DNA from: Carcharhinus amblyrhynchos | Taxonomy: Eukaryota | NCBI GenBank assembly: GCA_965287045.1 | Contig: OZ336890.1 | Span: 25,296,001 to 25,360,000, forward strand | DNA length: 64,000 nt | Direction of reading: 5' to 3' | In this document: positions 37,455 to 51,329 of the stretch, piece after piece | Layout of the letters: every line of letters starts with the position of its first letter | Position numbering within the stretch: position 1 is the stretch's first letter | Translations under genes and position numbers: made by a program | The notes under the pieces: generated by a model | What the model was told of the DNA's origin: nothing | The model's database searches: none | Seen by the model: only the letters and a program-made list of their open reading frames with translations

Positions 37455-38097
37455 CGATCTAGGTGTCCAGATTACCAACAACCTGTCCTGGTTCCTCAGT
37501 GCTGACGCTATAATTAAGAAAGTCCACCAGCACCTCTACTTCCTCAGAAGGCTAAGGAAATTTGGCATGTCAGCTATGACTTTCACCAACTTTTACAGAT
37601 GCATCATAGAAAGCACTCTTTCTGGATGTATCACAGCTTGGTATGGCTCCAGCTCTGTCCAAGATTGCAAAAAACTATAAAGGATTGTGAATGAAGCCCA
37701 GTCCATCATACAAACCAGCCTTCCATCCATTCACTCTGTCTATACTTACTGCTGCCTCATAAAAGCAGCCAGCATAATTAAGGACCCCATGCATCCTGGA
37801 CATTCTCTCTTCCACCTTCTTCCAATGGGAAAAAGATACAAAAATCTGAGGACATGTACCAACTGACTCAGGAATAATTTCTTCACTATTGGCATCAGAC
37901 TTTTGAATGGACCTACCTCGTATTAAGTTGATTTTTCTCCACACCCTAGCCAAGACTGTAACACTACAATCTGCACTCTCTCCTTTCCTTCTCTATGCAC
38001 GGTATGCTTTATCTGTATAGCGTGTAAAGAAACAATACTTTTCACTGTATACTAATAATACATGTAACAATAATAAATCAAATCAAGTCAAATCAAA
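37455..38097 (+). mobile_element. Rex1/Babar-type LINE 3' end
   Basis: Reads KKVHQHLYFLRRLRKFGMS...NFYRCIIES.LSGCITAWYG. Tail aataaatcaaatcaagtcaaatcaaa. A reverse fragment lies at about 42475-42720. Confidence 0.75.
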
Positions 38098-38982
38098 AGT
38101 CTTTGCCCTGTAAACCAAGCTGACATCAGAGTTTTAAAGAGCGCAGTGTCAGAAAATGTATGAGGACAAGTCACATTTTGTGCAGAAAGTAAAATCTGGC
38201 TCAATATTTTCAATGGTAGGCAATAGGGATTTTTCTTTTCTATTGAGTCAGGTTCTTCCTGTCAAAAAATCCTTCACAACTGCAAAAATGGGTTACCAGT
38301 CGGCAATAGATCATTTTCACCTTGATAAGTGGTAATTTTTAATACCATTTTTCTTCAATTTAAACATCCACCAATCAAAATGAATTTTTTTTCATGTGGT
38401 TGATTATATGAAATCAGAATTTGATAAGGGAATGGTAGAAAACCAGCCAATCACAATGCATTATAATCCAGCTTTAATAATAACTAGTAATAAGGCTGTT
38501 TTTATACCCTTCAAGGATCTAAATTGCCACTTAACTGTGCAAGCAAGTTCAATTTTTGTAGTTATAACTCTGTATTCATTTTATAAAACCAGATTTAATG
38601 ATGGCATGTGGCTGACAGTAGATGGTACAGTGCTGTTAACAGTGAGAACTTAAACAAGATGAAAAAAAACTTGGCAAATACAATATTAATACGATACATT
38701 ATAACTTTAAACAAACTGTGATGAAAGTGCCTTGTGGCCTGATAAGGGTGTGATGGAACACTACTCTTCACTCAAAGGTAATTTAACTTTTTTTGATTTG
38801 CTCATGGGATGTGCACATTCCTGGCAAAAGCCAGCATTTATTGTCCATCCCCTAATTCCCTTCGGAAGGTGGTGGTGAGCTGCCTTCTTCAACCATTGCA
38901 ATGGATCTGGTGAAGGCACATCCACTGCTGGGAAGGGAGATCAAGGATTTTGACCCAGAAAGGATGAATTAACAACAACTAC

Positions 38983-40051
38983 GGGGCGGATTTTGTCACA
39001 AAAATTCTGAGCAAAATTTTCTCAGGAAAGTGTAAAATGGTGAGAAAACAATTGATCTTTTCATTGTTTTTCCAGCGAGATGAGTGGTGCTAATTTACGG
39101 CACTCTGTACAATACAGTAGCCGTAATGTGAATCTTGCCAGTGTGGTTGGTGGAGGTGGGGGGGTGGGGGGGGGGGTGCGGAGTCTTACCTTGCCAAAAT
39201 CTGGCTGCTAACCATGAGGGGCACCCACGCACAGGCGCTCTGATATCCCACTATACTGTTATTCCCCCATCCCCCACAGACATAAACTCCACCCCCACAT
39301 GGACATTGCCCCCCCCCCAACAACCCAGCATTGTTATTGTCACCCCCATGAACATCAACCCCCAGACTCCCCGCAGACATAACCCTCACCTCTCTCCACA
39401 GAACCTCCACCCATCGCCGCCCATGCCCCAATCACTGCTCCCCCATACTGATCACTGGATATGACCCATTACTGCCCCCCACAATCAGCCCCCATCCCGC
39501 GCCAACTCTCTCCCATCAGCCCCTTCCCCAGATCACCACCCATATCAATCAGCTGCTGCTCCCATTGCAGAGTTCCCCCCTTCCCTTCCCTCCTACACAG
39601 CCCCATCACCTTATCCCAGGTTCCGCCCCTGTCGGACCCCACCCCTCGGACCCATCCTATTCCAGCCCCGCTGCTATCAGGCCCCACCCCCTTGGCACTG
39701 CTAGGGTGCCAGGTTGGCAGTACCTGGGTGCCAGATTGACATTGCCAGGGTCCTAGGCTGGCAGTGCTCCAGGGGCACTGTTCAACTCTGCCCTTGACCA
39801 TTCCGGGGCTTCAAAGGCCTGTGGTCCCACTGGTGAGGCCATCACATCTGGTCCCAGTTGGTGGGGAACATCAGTGATCCTCACCATGTCATTAATGTTT
39901 CAATCTTCCCGGGCATGAGGCTGATTCTGCTGGCAGAATGACAATATCCCAAGAGGCGAGAAATCAGGTGTAAACCCATTCTTCCGCCTCTCACTCATAA
40001 TTCCCACCCCACTACGCTATTTGTCGAACAAAGCGGGATGGAAAAATCTCC
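38983..40051. mobile_element. GC-rich non-autonomous TIR DNA element (Harbinger-like)
   Basis: Starts ggggcggattttgtcacaaaaattc and ends gggatggaaaaatctcc, with a C-rich interior. Resembles the reverse of 59187-60085. Confidence 0.5.
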
Positions 40052-40129
40052 AGGTAGTTTATGATACATAGATGCGCCTAGATTTTTCCCTCTTGTTGGT
40101 TTTCTCACAATCTGCTGAAAGCCCAATCT

Positions 40130-41620
40130 GACAGATATATCCTTAGAACATGGCCAGCTCAGTCAGTAGTGATGTTAGCCTCTCTTGCTGATTGGTATTG
40201 AAGTCCCCTCTCCAGAGCACATTCATGTCCTTCCTATCCTCAGTACTTCGTCCAAGTGGTGTTCAGCATGGAAGAGCACTGATTCATCAGCTGAGAGAGG
40301 GAAGGAGCTGGCAATCAACAGGAGCAGGGTTCCTTGCCCATGCTTGACCTTAGGCCATTAAGGACTCCCAGGGCAACTCCCCTCAGACTGTATAACAATG
40401 TACTGTGGCCATCTCTGCTGGGTCCTTCCTGATGGTGATACAGGATTGGTGATGAAAGAGTCCAGAACACAGGCTGTACAGCATGATTTGACAAGTATGA
40501 CTATGTCAGTCTATTGCTTGACTACGCTGTGATTTTGGCACAAACCCCCTGATGTTTGTAAGGAGGCTTCACAGTGTTGGAAAGGCTTTGGAGAATCTGA
40601 GGTTGAATCGACCACTGCAGAATACCAAGCCTCTGGCCTGCTCTTGTAACCATAGTAAATATATTGGTGGCCCACTTGAAGTTCTGTTCAATTGTGATGC
40701 TGAGGGAATTTTGGGATAATGTAGTTGAACATCCAATGATCATTTCTTGGCAATTATCTGGAATTATGATTCTATTGATGGCCATAATCCATTCTTGATT
40801 GGTGGAAAAACCCATCTGGTTCACTAAGGTCCTTTAGGAAAGGAAATCTGTCGTCCTTATCTGGTCTAGTCTACATGTAACTCCAGAGCCACAGCAATGT
40901 GGTTGACTGTTAATTGCCCACAAGCAACTAGGGATGGGCAATAAATGCTGGCCAGCCAGCAACACCCATGTCCCATGAATGAATTTACAAAACATTATGT
41001 GATGCAAATGCAACTTACTACTCATCAGCACAAGCCTAAGTGCTGTGCAGGTTTTGCTGCTTAACATCATGGACTAGTTCATTTTCAAGGCATTGCAAAT
41101 GGAACTGAACACTATACAATCATCAACCAATGCACTTGCTTTTGTCCTTATGTTAGAGGTAAAGTTATTGATAAAGCAGCCAAACATGGTTGAACTTATT
41201 TCAGGAATTTCTTCAGCAAAGTCCTGAGCTGAGATGATTAGCTTCCAGCAACCACTTGTCCAGTTAGCGAAGAACTTTACCCTGATTACCACTGACTTTA
41301 ACATTACAAGGATTCCTTGATGCCACACTTGATTCCACGCTGCTCTGGTGTCCAGAATAAACAATCTCACCATGCTTCTAGGATTCAGCTCTGTTGTCCA
41401 TGTTCAGCCCAGGGCTGATCTGGTGTGAACAGTCACGTGAGAACCTAAATGCATCAGAGCGCAGGTTACTGGTGAATAAGTGTCGTTTGATATCTCAGTT
41501 GAAGGCACCTTCCATCAACTTGCTGATGATTGAGTGTCGACTGATAGGATGGATTACTGGCTGATGGCTGGATTGGATTTGTGCTGCTCCCTGGCACACA
41601 TAGACAATTTTCCGCTTTTT
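40130..41620 (-). mobile_element. Old non-LTR ORF2 fragments with a nested SacSINE-like piece at 40780-40990 (+)
   Basis: Peptide traces such as LD..AAW.QVWHQGIL..LKS and FINNF.S.IR...LVDDC.VFS. Confidence 0.6.
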
Positions 41621-42269
41621 CAAGTGTTGGGGAGAAGAAATATAGCTATTTGGCTGTAATGTATTTCATTCTTGAGAAAACTATGCCTTTATTATGAACT
41701 ATAGTATGGACTCACTTCAGTGTTCATAGAGAGGGGATCCTGCAGATCTGAAAGGCGACAGTGTCTGAATCGGGGTGAGTCCCATGCCTGCAGTGCTCTC
41801 TCGCACCCTGCTCCTCCCATTCTCCCACCCGCCTCCCCTGAATGTTTATCAGCAATGCCACTCTCACAGTTTATCCAATATCCTTATTCATAAACCTTAT
41901 TGCTTGGACAAGGGATGGGCATGCTGTCTGTCACACAATACAACGAGGGACATCTTCAATGTAAAGATAGGACTTTATCTCCACAAGTTTGGTCATTCCT
42001 ACCAATATTGTCATGGACAGATGGGTATGGCGGGTGCAGGGCTGAGGATGAGGTCAAGAAGGTTTTTCTGTTCTTATTGGTTGCTATGTCTTTCAGGATT
42101 TGACCAGTTCAGTCAGTGATAATACTTGGTGATGGATACCGAAATGCTCCACCCAGAGTACATTCTGTTAGTGAGGAGGACTTTGCAGAATTGTCTGGAC
42201 TGGGCTTGCCTTTATTGTGTCCAAAAACCTAGATGAAACCTTGGTGGTGTGTCTGTGTTTTTTTAAAGT

Positions 42270-43000
42270 AGTGGTTTGATACAACGGAGTGAATTACTTC
42301 GTCATTTCAAGGGCCAGTTAAGAATCAGCAACATTGCTTTGGTTTGAAGACACATATGAGCCAGACTGTATACAGATGTCAGATTTCCTTCCCTCATGGA
42401 TAAGAGTGAGCCAAATGTGTTCTTATGATAATGCAGTCACTATTACTGATACTAACTTTTTACTTCAGATTTTATTTTTGATTTGACCCGATTTGATTTA
42501 TTTTTGTCACGTGTATTAGCATACAGTGAAAAATATTGTTTCTTGCGCTCTATACAGACGGAGCATATCATTCATAGTGAAGGAAGTGAGTGCAGAAGGT
42601 AGTGTTACAGTCATTGTAACTTAATACAAGGATCAACTTAATACAAGGTGGTCCATTCAAAAGTCTGATGGTAGCAGGGAAGAAGCTGCTCTTGAGTCGG
42701 TTGACATGTGACCTCAGACTTTTAGTAAGTGAATTAAAATTCCTCTGTTTTTTGTATGAGATTTTAGATCATCCAGGCCACTGCTACTGGAGCAAAATCC
42801 TGGAACTCCCTCCCTAACAGCACAATGCGTGTACCTCCACTACATGGACTGTAGCAGTTCAAGAAGGCACTCACTGCCACCTTCTCAAGGGCAATGAGGG
42901 ATGGGCAAAAAATTCTGGCCACAGTGATGCCCACATCCCAAGAATGTATAAAAAGAAGTCCTTTGGATTACTAGCCTGGTAACATAAGTATTATGCCACC
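42270..43000. mobile_element. Nested cluster: SacSINE-like (-) interrupted by a Rex1-type 3' end (42475-42720, -) and a LINE 3' end (42780-42955, +)
   Basis: Each block matches another copy in this window (30357, 37860-38097 and 8060-8250). Confidence 0.6.
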
Positions 43001-43756
43001 GTAGTGTACGTTACCTGCTAATTGAATTGTCTTATGAAAAAGTGTAGAATTTAGTGCATTATTTAATTCAGATTCCCTACTGGTGGCTGAGAATTAACAG
43101 CATTGGAAAATTAAAATCTGCCATAATGAACCTCTGAAGGATAACATTAAATTACTAGCATCCTTGTTGGAATTGAGGAATATCCGAATTTTAAAACCCT
43201 CCATTTACTATATGTGAATCTTTATTGTCCTTATGGTAATGGGGAAAATTGGCTCACAACTGGAGAACAAGGAGAAGCACCTTCCCAGAGATACCATTAA
43301 CAACACATGAAAACAGATTTGTTCAATGAATTGAAAGATGGGATTTAAAAGGTGTTGAACGAGGAAATTGAAGAGGCGCGCAGATGACTGTATAAACCAA
43401 GTGTTAGGCACCATGTTAATCATACATTCACATGTCCCATGCACACTAGCTGTACACAATTGCTGAATAACTCAAGCCTTAACTATACAATACCCAAAGG
43501 ACATATCACAAGGTAATTATGGATGAGGAAGATTATTAGTTCTTGCACCCAGATGCACCATAAAGTTTCCTCAACCTCTCCCCCCTTGCAAACTCCAATT
43601 GTTCTTCAAATGCATCCAGAATTTCTGACTTTGGAGCGAAATCTATTTCAAATGCCAATCATTCACTCTTGTCACAAAAAACTTCTTGATATGTTAAAAT
43701 TATATTTGACAACTTTGAAATCTCTATCCTAATTACACAAAAGGATGGCATGGAAT

Positions 43757-44078
43757 GGCACGGTGTCACAGTGGTTAGCACTGCTACTTCACAACACTAG
43801 GGACCCGGGTTCAATTCCTGGCTTGGGTCGCTGTCTGTGTGGAGTCTACACATTCTCCCCGTGTCTGTGTGGGTTTCCTCTGGGTCCTCCGGTTTCCTCC
43901 CACAGTCCAAAAATATCTGAGTTATGTGGATTGGCCATGTAAATTGTCCCATAGCTTCAAGGGAACTAGCTAGGGTAAATGCATGGGGTTATGGGGATAG
44001 GACCTGGGTGAGATTGTGATTGGTGCAGACTCGATGGACCAAATGATCTCTTTCTGCACTACAGAATTCTATGATTCT
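43757..44078 (+). mobile_element. V-SINE/HE1-type SINE, full length
   Basis: ggcacggtgtcacagtggttagcactgct ... aattctatgattcta. Confidence 0.9.
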
Positions 44079-45214
44079 AAGTAACATTCAAATTCATATT
44101 TTCAAATCCCATCTGATCAACTCACTTTATAAGATCACCCCTCAGATTTACAACAACATTCATTCTTGGGACATGGGCAGCACACATCTTAGAGAGATTG
44201 GGAGTCTCCTGATCATATCAGCCCAGCATGGGGTGAATTGTGAGTGGCCAGTTGCTTCTCCTTTAAGTAGCAGGTCTAAGATAACAAGTGCTGCAACCCA
44301 AACCAGTGAATCAAACATGTCACCAGTGCAGATATAGGAGATTTCTGATACATGGTAATTTGTTTTATTAATTCTATTTTGGCAGAGTGCTCACCTACCA
44401 TTTCTAAACTAATATGCCTCTGAGAGGGACACCCTGGAAAAGGATGGGAGGATGCTCATAAGAGAAAGCAGTGAAAATATAAAAGCAAATTAAATGTGCC
44501 AAGCACAAGTAAACACGCATTACAGTCCAGAAATTACTATTGTCAGAATTAACAGACACATCCTTATCCTGTTTGTAAGACATTCTCTGTACACTACAAC
44601 ACATATCTTTGCCTTTATTCTAGTGCACAGAACAGAAACTGTTAATAAAGAAAAACAGGCAAAAAACTACCAGTTCAGGTGTTGAAAGCCTGTCCATGGT
44701 AAGTGATAATGGCAAACGGTGGAGTTCATAGAAGAGATGGGCAATGAGAGTCACACACAGGTCTCTCAGGCTGCAATTCCTGGTTTGTTACAGATATCTG
44801 CTGTGCATCTTGTCCTTATGGTTTTCCATGGATAACTGCTGCTCCTCATTGACAGAGTGGGAAGTAATGAATGAATGACTTTTTAAAGCTTTTATATTTT
44901 ACACATGCTCCTGTTATCATCGGGTTCAATGTATAGTGGGTCAATGGGCATGGAAATGCCAAAGCTTGGTACATGGGGCATGAGGGGCGGAATACCTGAC
45001 TCCATGAAAATAAGGGACTACATGGCCATGCCGACCTCCACAATGGAGCTGGCCAAGTCAGGAGTGCAGGGTGCAGGTTTGTGCATCCTTAAAAGGCACG
45101 TCTGTAAATCAAAAACCTTGAGAATGGGGTCATAAAAATCTCAGAATCGGATTTTGACCACAATTTATAAAGGTCATTCTGACTCAGTGAAAATCCAGCA
45201 TTCAAATGTTTCAA

Positions 45215-46225
45215 TAAGATTGCCTCTCATTCCTCTAAACTCCAATGTTTTATGGGCCGAATCTGCTCAACCTTTCCTCACAAGGTTTCTCCTTCATCCC
45301 AGGGAGCAACTTAGGCAACCCTTTCTGAATTGCCTCCAATTCAATTACATCCCTTCTTAAAACAATGAGACAAAAACTGTATGCAGTGCTCTAGGTATGG
45401 TTTCACCTAAGTCCTGTACAGACATCCCTCCTTTTATACTCCATTCCCTTTGCCATGAAGGTCAACATTCATTTTGCCTACCTAATTACTTGCTGTACCT
45501 GCATGCTATCCGTTTGTGATTTGCACACTAGGACATCCAGATCCCTCTGTAATACAGCTTTATGTAATCACTTTCCAGTTACATGATATTTTTTGCTTTT
45601 TATTTTCCCTTCCAAAGTGATAACTTCACAGTTTCCCACATTATATTCAATCTGCCATTTTTTTGCTTACTTACTTAACCTGTATCTAACGCTTTTCAGT
45701 CACTTCGTATCCTCCTCAGAAAATCTGACTACCTGCTTTCCTTCATCCTAGTCATTAATATAAGTTAGAGGTAATTGAAGCCCCAACACTGATGCTTGTG
45801 GCACCCCACTAGTTACAGTTTGTTGGCCTGAAAATGATCCATTTATCATGACTCTATTTCCAGTTAGTTAGCCAATCCTCTATCCATGCTAATGTATCAT
45901 CCTGGCAGCTTGAACTTGTATAGTAAGCTGAAATGCAGAGCCTTACTGAATGATTTTAGAAATCCAAATACACTAATCTACTGGTTCCTCTTTATCCACC
46001 CTACATGTTACATCCTCAAAAAATTCTAAGAAATTGGTCAAACTTTCACTCTGCTTGATTGCATTATGTTTTACTTTTAAACGTCCCACCTCTACATTTT
46101 TAATAATGGATTCCAGCGTTTTCCCAATGACAGATGTTAGCAAATTGACATATAGTTTCCTGCTTCCTGTTTCCATCCTTTTTTGACTGGGAGAGTTACA
46201 TTTGCGGCTTTCCTATCTGCTTCCA
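45215..46225 (-). mobile_element. CR1 LINE RT fragment, decayed
   Basis: Encodes LTSVIGKTLESIIK...LTNFLEFFEDVTCRVDKEEPVD. Confidence 0.85.
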
Positions 46226-46257
46226 GAATGTGGTGGGATTGTGATCAGTGAAAGCTC

Positions 46258-46519
46258 TATAATAAATCCACTGAGGTGAAGGTCCCATCACCAAAAGTTC
46301 CTTTATTTACAAGACATGCTATACAACGGAGTGCTCTCTCTGTGCGTTCCCTGTTTCAGCAGGCAGAGAGACTGACACACATGCTTTAAATATGGAACAA
46401 GAGGCTCCCTGATTGAGCCATTCATTAGGACTCAATCAGGGAACTGTTTTATTGAGGACTCAATCAGGGAGTTCATATTCCAGCAGGCCAACCTCATTTG
46501 CCTGACTCAAGTCATCACA
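46258..46519 (-). mobile_element. Solo LTR-like insertion inside a V-SINE 3' fragment
   Basis: The minus strand starts TGTGAT and ends TATTATA (probably decayed TATTACA), with TATTTAAA and AATAAA in the expected order. 4-bp flanks GCTC/GCTT. The SINE sequence is continuous once the insert is removed. Confidence 0.6.
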
Positions 46520-46827
46520 GCTTGATGGGCTGAATGGCTTCCTTCTGTACTGTAGAGATTCTATGATTCTAACCTAGGTTCATAAGATCGTAACTATTGC
46601 AACCACAAGCTTTGCAACCATTCCCTTTCAGTGTTGAATCTTCAGGCCATTGGATCCTTTGTCATCTTTTGCTACCAATCATTTACCTGGAATACTAGGC
46701 TGCTGCACAGTCCTTCAGAATATTCCCAGCACAAGCCTTTAAAAAGGTTTCAGATCCCCTAACAAGAACATTAGTTTTTCATTAATTTAGTAGCATTCAT
46801 TCCAGGCTATGGGCAAGACTCGAAGAC

Positions 46828-47455
46828 ATGGTGGCACAGTGGTTAGTTCTGCTGCCTCACAGCTTCAGGGACCTGGGTTTGATTCAAATTGGGTCACTGG
46901 CTGTGTGGAGTTTGCACATTCTCACCGTGTCTGTGAGAGTTTCTACCAGTGCTCTGGTTTCCTCCCACAGTCCAAAGATATGCGGGTTAGATTGAATGGC
47001 CACTCAATTGACTAGCACTGCTGGCTGTGCAGACACATGGATTTGGGCCTGTGTCTGTGGGAGTTTGTGCATTCTCCCTGTGGTTGCGTGGGTTTCCTCC
47101 GGGTGCTCCAGTTTCCTCCCACACCCCAAAGATGTGCTCTTAGGCTAATCGGTTTTTACCAAATTGACACTATTTCTTCCCTGAATCTGACTGAGTAGGG
47201 TTCCATTCGTAGACATGCAGGGTAGAATAGGTGTAGGGTGATGCGGCGGCGCGGGCTCGTTGGGCCGAAGGGCCTGTTTCCCGTGCTGGGTTGTTCTTTG
47301 TTCTTTGTTCATTGCCCCTTAGTGTCCCAGGATATGTAGGTTAGAGGGATTAGCGGATTAAATATGTGGGATTATGGGGGTTTGGGCCTTGGTGGGATTG
47401 TTGTTCGGCTGATAGGCCGAATGGCCTCCTTCTGCACTGTAAGGATTCTATGATA
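46828..47455 (+). mobile_element. V-SINE/HE1-type SINE interrupted at 47011-47310 by a second, different V-core SINE
   Basis: The outer copy breaks at ...ggccactcaattg and resumes at attgccccttagtgtc. The inner copy has a V core and a ttgttctttgttctttgttc tail. ATTG is duplicated at the junctions. Confidence 0.8.
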
Positions 47456-48562
47456 ATAATGGGAAAGAAAGTCAGGTAACACATGCTACCAGTCGTGTTT
47501 ATTATCATCCACTTCTTAAAAAATTCAAATTAAAACCCAGAGGATCTCAAAATCTCCAGATTCAACGTGATGTGTTGGTATTAGGTTCCATTGGCAACAG
47601 ACAAACACTAAGCCTGGCTTTAAGTTCATAAATAATTTAGTGCAATTGGCAGCCATCTGACCTCTGGAAGAGGTAAGCTACTATGAGCAGTTCATGTGAA
47701 GAATCAAAAATGTTGTGTCCTCAGCTGAAGGTCTGCTCACTTGTAGCGAGAGAAAGTCTACAATCACACTGAATGCACTCATCATGTAAAGACATGGTCA
47801 TGTGATACTGTGACCTAATTTTAATTCTCTGGAAGAATCAGTTAATTAGAGATTTAGAGCATTTAATTCAAATAAACTGTATGCCCTGTTCATTTATTTT
47901 AAAAGAAATGGTACTCATGTAAAGTCATCCTATTTGATATTGCTTGACTTTAAACACGTTATGTCATTTCTATTTTATATATAAAGGATTACATAATCAA
48001 ACCCCTTCCAGAAAGAATGCATCTGTTCTCTGCTTCAATCAACTATTATCACTGTCATGAAACCAATGCCTTGTAACTAAACACTGCCTCAGAGACAGGG
48101 TCTGGGTACAAGTGAACAGGGACACACTGCTGTCCCTGTCTTAACCTCATACAGCTGAAGGAGCTCTGGTAGATAGTGGGTGTTCAAGTCTGCATCAAAT
48201 TTTAAAAAAAGCCAAGTTTTTAACATGTACTAATTCAACAGATTGTTAGTAGAATTGTCAAATTGAAGAATGCAGCTTATTTGAAGTCCTTGATTGGAAA
48301 TGTTGGATTTAAGTGAGGAGTCCCTAATTAAAGTCCATTTTGAAGTGTGCTGACGCTGCCACAATGAATTACTACCATCTCTCTCTCCTGTAAAATTGCA
48401 ATCAATCACCCAATCTGTAAACCATTCAATCAATAAAGATTGTGCTGTCTTGTTCCAAAGCACCCGATGATAGAATGCTGAACAAGTGTGAATATACATG
48501 TCAGGATGTCTGAGGCAAGGCAGGATCCTCGCTTCGTCTATGATTAAAGGCTATGCACCTAC

Positions 48563-48703
48563 CCCAAACATTTGTCGCAGGTCAGGGTCTCTGAATCGGA
48601 AGGGAATGTTGGAGACATGTAACCTTTTGGGCTGCTGTTTCTCTGTGGTCTCTGATGACTGTAGCGGCTGTGACGAATCTGTCTGTGCGGCTTCATCTGT
48701 CTG
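48563..48703 (-). CDS. RBFOX3: RBFOX3 coding exon (end of N-terminal region and RRM start with RNP2), 141 nt, phase 0/0
   Basis: Translates [47 protein letters not shown]. The [22 protein letters not shown] block is the RBFOX RRM start; [10 protein letters not shown] and EKQQPK match RBFOX3 as I recall it. Acceptor ttttgctgttcctccag (AG 48705-48704; tandem CAGCAG, alternative start 48700). Donor GGG|gtaggt. Confidence 0.95.
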
Positions 48704-51329
48704 CTGGAGGAACAGCAAAAGGGAAAAGATAAAACAACAGGAAAGCAAAATACAAAGCATGCCAGCCATGACACAAACGTGAAGTTTAGGTCAGGTGAGG
48801 CATTCTCATTCCCAGAATAGCCATTTTCAATCCAAATTGCCTGTCAAATTGAACAAGCCACATTTGCATGCCTTCCCCATTAGTCACGGTCCCTTTCCTT
48901 CTCCTACTCTCTCTTTTGGAATACAATCTACTTAGTGTTGGAACGTGCATTGTTCTGTTCTACCCAGGGGAAAACAACAAAGGACAATTTGAGTATTGAT
49001 ATATCACTTGCTAACCAAACTCAGATATGAAAATAGTGTTCTTTAGGAAAGGGCCGATATGCAAACATGCAAAATTGGTCCTTTACACTCGCTGTGATTA
49101 CATGAAACTAATTGCTCCGTTTTCAAATAGGTTGCAAAGCCATGTGACTTATTTTGTGATCATGGCAAACTAATTAGTGAGAGGATCTAATAAATTCTCA
49201 GTGCGGTTTGAAGATGGGTTTTCAACGATCGTCACATTTGCAATTCTAATAGGTGATATTTTCATTCGGTTCTGAGTCCATCTTTTTGGTTAAAAACATT
49301 TCCTCACAAAAGAGGAAATTGTGCAATAGCTATGTCCTCCAGAACAATGAGATGATGCTAACAAGAATGCAGTTTTGGCTGACAACCCTGTTTGGCCACT
49401 GCCAGTTTCACCATCTGACCAGGATTCACACTGCTCTTCCCCAATCTCCTTTTGGCTAAACACAAAATCAAATTAACCATTAGGAGTGGAGGAAGGTGGG
49501 GGTGGCGGGAGAGGTGATATAACACAAGAATTTCCTGCCTCCATAAACTCAAGAGAAAGTGCAACCCATCTCTGTGCAGTGGCACTTCATCTCAGCTCTA
49601 AACAAACAACAAAATGAAAACCAGCTTTTTAGCCCTCATACCTTGCCAGCCCTCCATACCCCATCCACGCCAACTCATGCCACCTCATGCCCCCCACCCC
49701 CACCTTTCTGGACCCAATGCCAAATTAGTGCTGATTCTTGCCAAGCAATGCACCCCCACCTATCACCCATCACCTTTTGCTCTTACAGTATACCAACTCA
49801 TCCAAGATCCACCATGTGTAGACCTTGGGGGTCCAATGGCGAGATGAAATAAAGTTCTAAGTATCTATTGATGACTTCACTATTTCTTTGAACTCTTACT
49901 GATAAAAACCTATTCACTGATTTTAAATTCCTTCAATTTAACCCTTTATAAAACAAGCACTGTATTCATAACTCCACATCAAAGACATTAGGACAACTTG
50001 GAGTTCTCAATCAAACTATGAACTTACAATAATGTGACAATGATAGGTTTAAAATTAGCGATACAGTACAAATCATATAATGATAACCCTGAAACCTATG
50101 TCAACAGACGAAGTGAAATAGAAAGCACTGTGCTTTTTTTTAACTAGACTTCTTTTAAATTTAAAGGTCAGGAGATTTAAAGTCTTGTTAGCTTTACAGT
50201 ACCAATGAATTTATTTTTTTTTTACACACATTCATGCTGACTTTTAACAGTCCCAAAGGACATTTGACCTCTCCTCAAGGCATCCCTGGACCTATCCAAA
50301 AGGATGCTGTAACACAATTTCTGAAAGATTAACGCATCTCATGAAAAGGGTAAAGCTCACAACCTGCATTTTGGACATCGCCATAATTGCACCTGTTTGA
50401 AGGCAGCTGCACTTCTACACGAACAGCTGCCTCTTTGAACCATGGATGTGCAAAATGCACCTGCCCCCTCTCCCTCCCAAAATTTCCACTATGAAAATAG
50501 GGAGTGCTGGGTTTGGGCCTCTGGTATCACATTGAATCAGATGGAGACCCCCTGCATCCCCATGAAAATTCAGGCCCTGGCATCAAAAACCTTGCACACA
50601 GCCCACATAGGATAGTAGAACTGAATTCAGTTCATTTATAAAGGGGGAGAGCAAAACTGAGGTCTTATACTCCCACCACATTCTCTGTAACATCCACACT
50701 TCAGCAGTGCCCAAGCCCGCACTGTCAGTATACTGACCATGCACAGTTGTATTAATTATTAGGTTGTCAATTTATACAAATACACTTAATTTATAGTTAA
50801 TTTGGTTTTGATCAAAACTTGTGCCTTAACACCTGACCACTTTTCCTGCCAAATGACCTGTCCTGCAAGCAATGCTTCCGGCTTTATTCTCTTTTCCATT
50901 TCCTAATTCAGTAAGTCTGAAGACACACTCGGTTTGCTGTTGGATGTTTGGGCTCTTTTGAGATTTATCTCATGAAGTTATGACATGTGATGGGATGTCC
51001 AGTACCCATACTCTCCAGTGTGTTAGAAACAATAGAAAGTTTATGGTTGGGCTGAATCAGTCGGCTTGCTGGTTGCAAAAGATCAGACGAATAAGTTTTG
51101 ACTCAAACATTCAAAGAAACTGAGCTCGACTGTTAACAGTGCAGTTGATGTGCTCGGGCACTGAGGATAAAATGGCTGATGAGATACTTGATCTTGTACC
51201 TTGTATTTCAGAATGCCTGCACTGTCTTCCATTATTAGTTCAACAAAGTGGAGTTTTTGTATGATTCCCAAGAACACCTTTACTTGCACTGTAAGTTTAA
51301 TGAAAATAAAACTTCTAATGTTGTACTAA

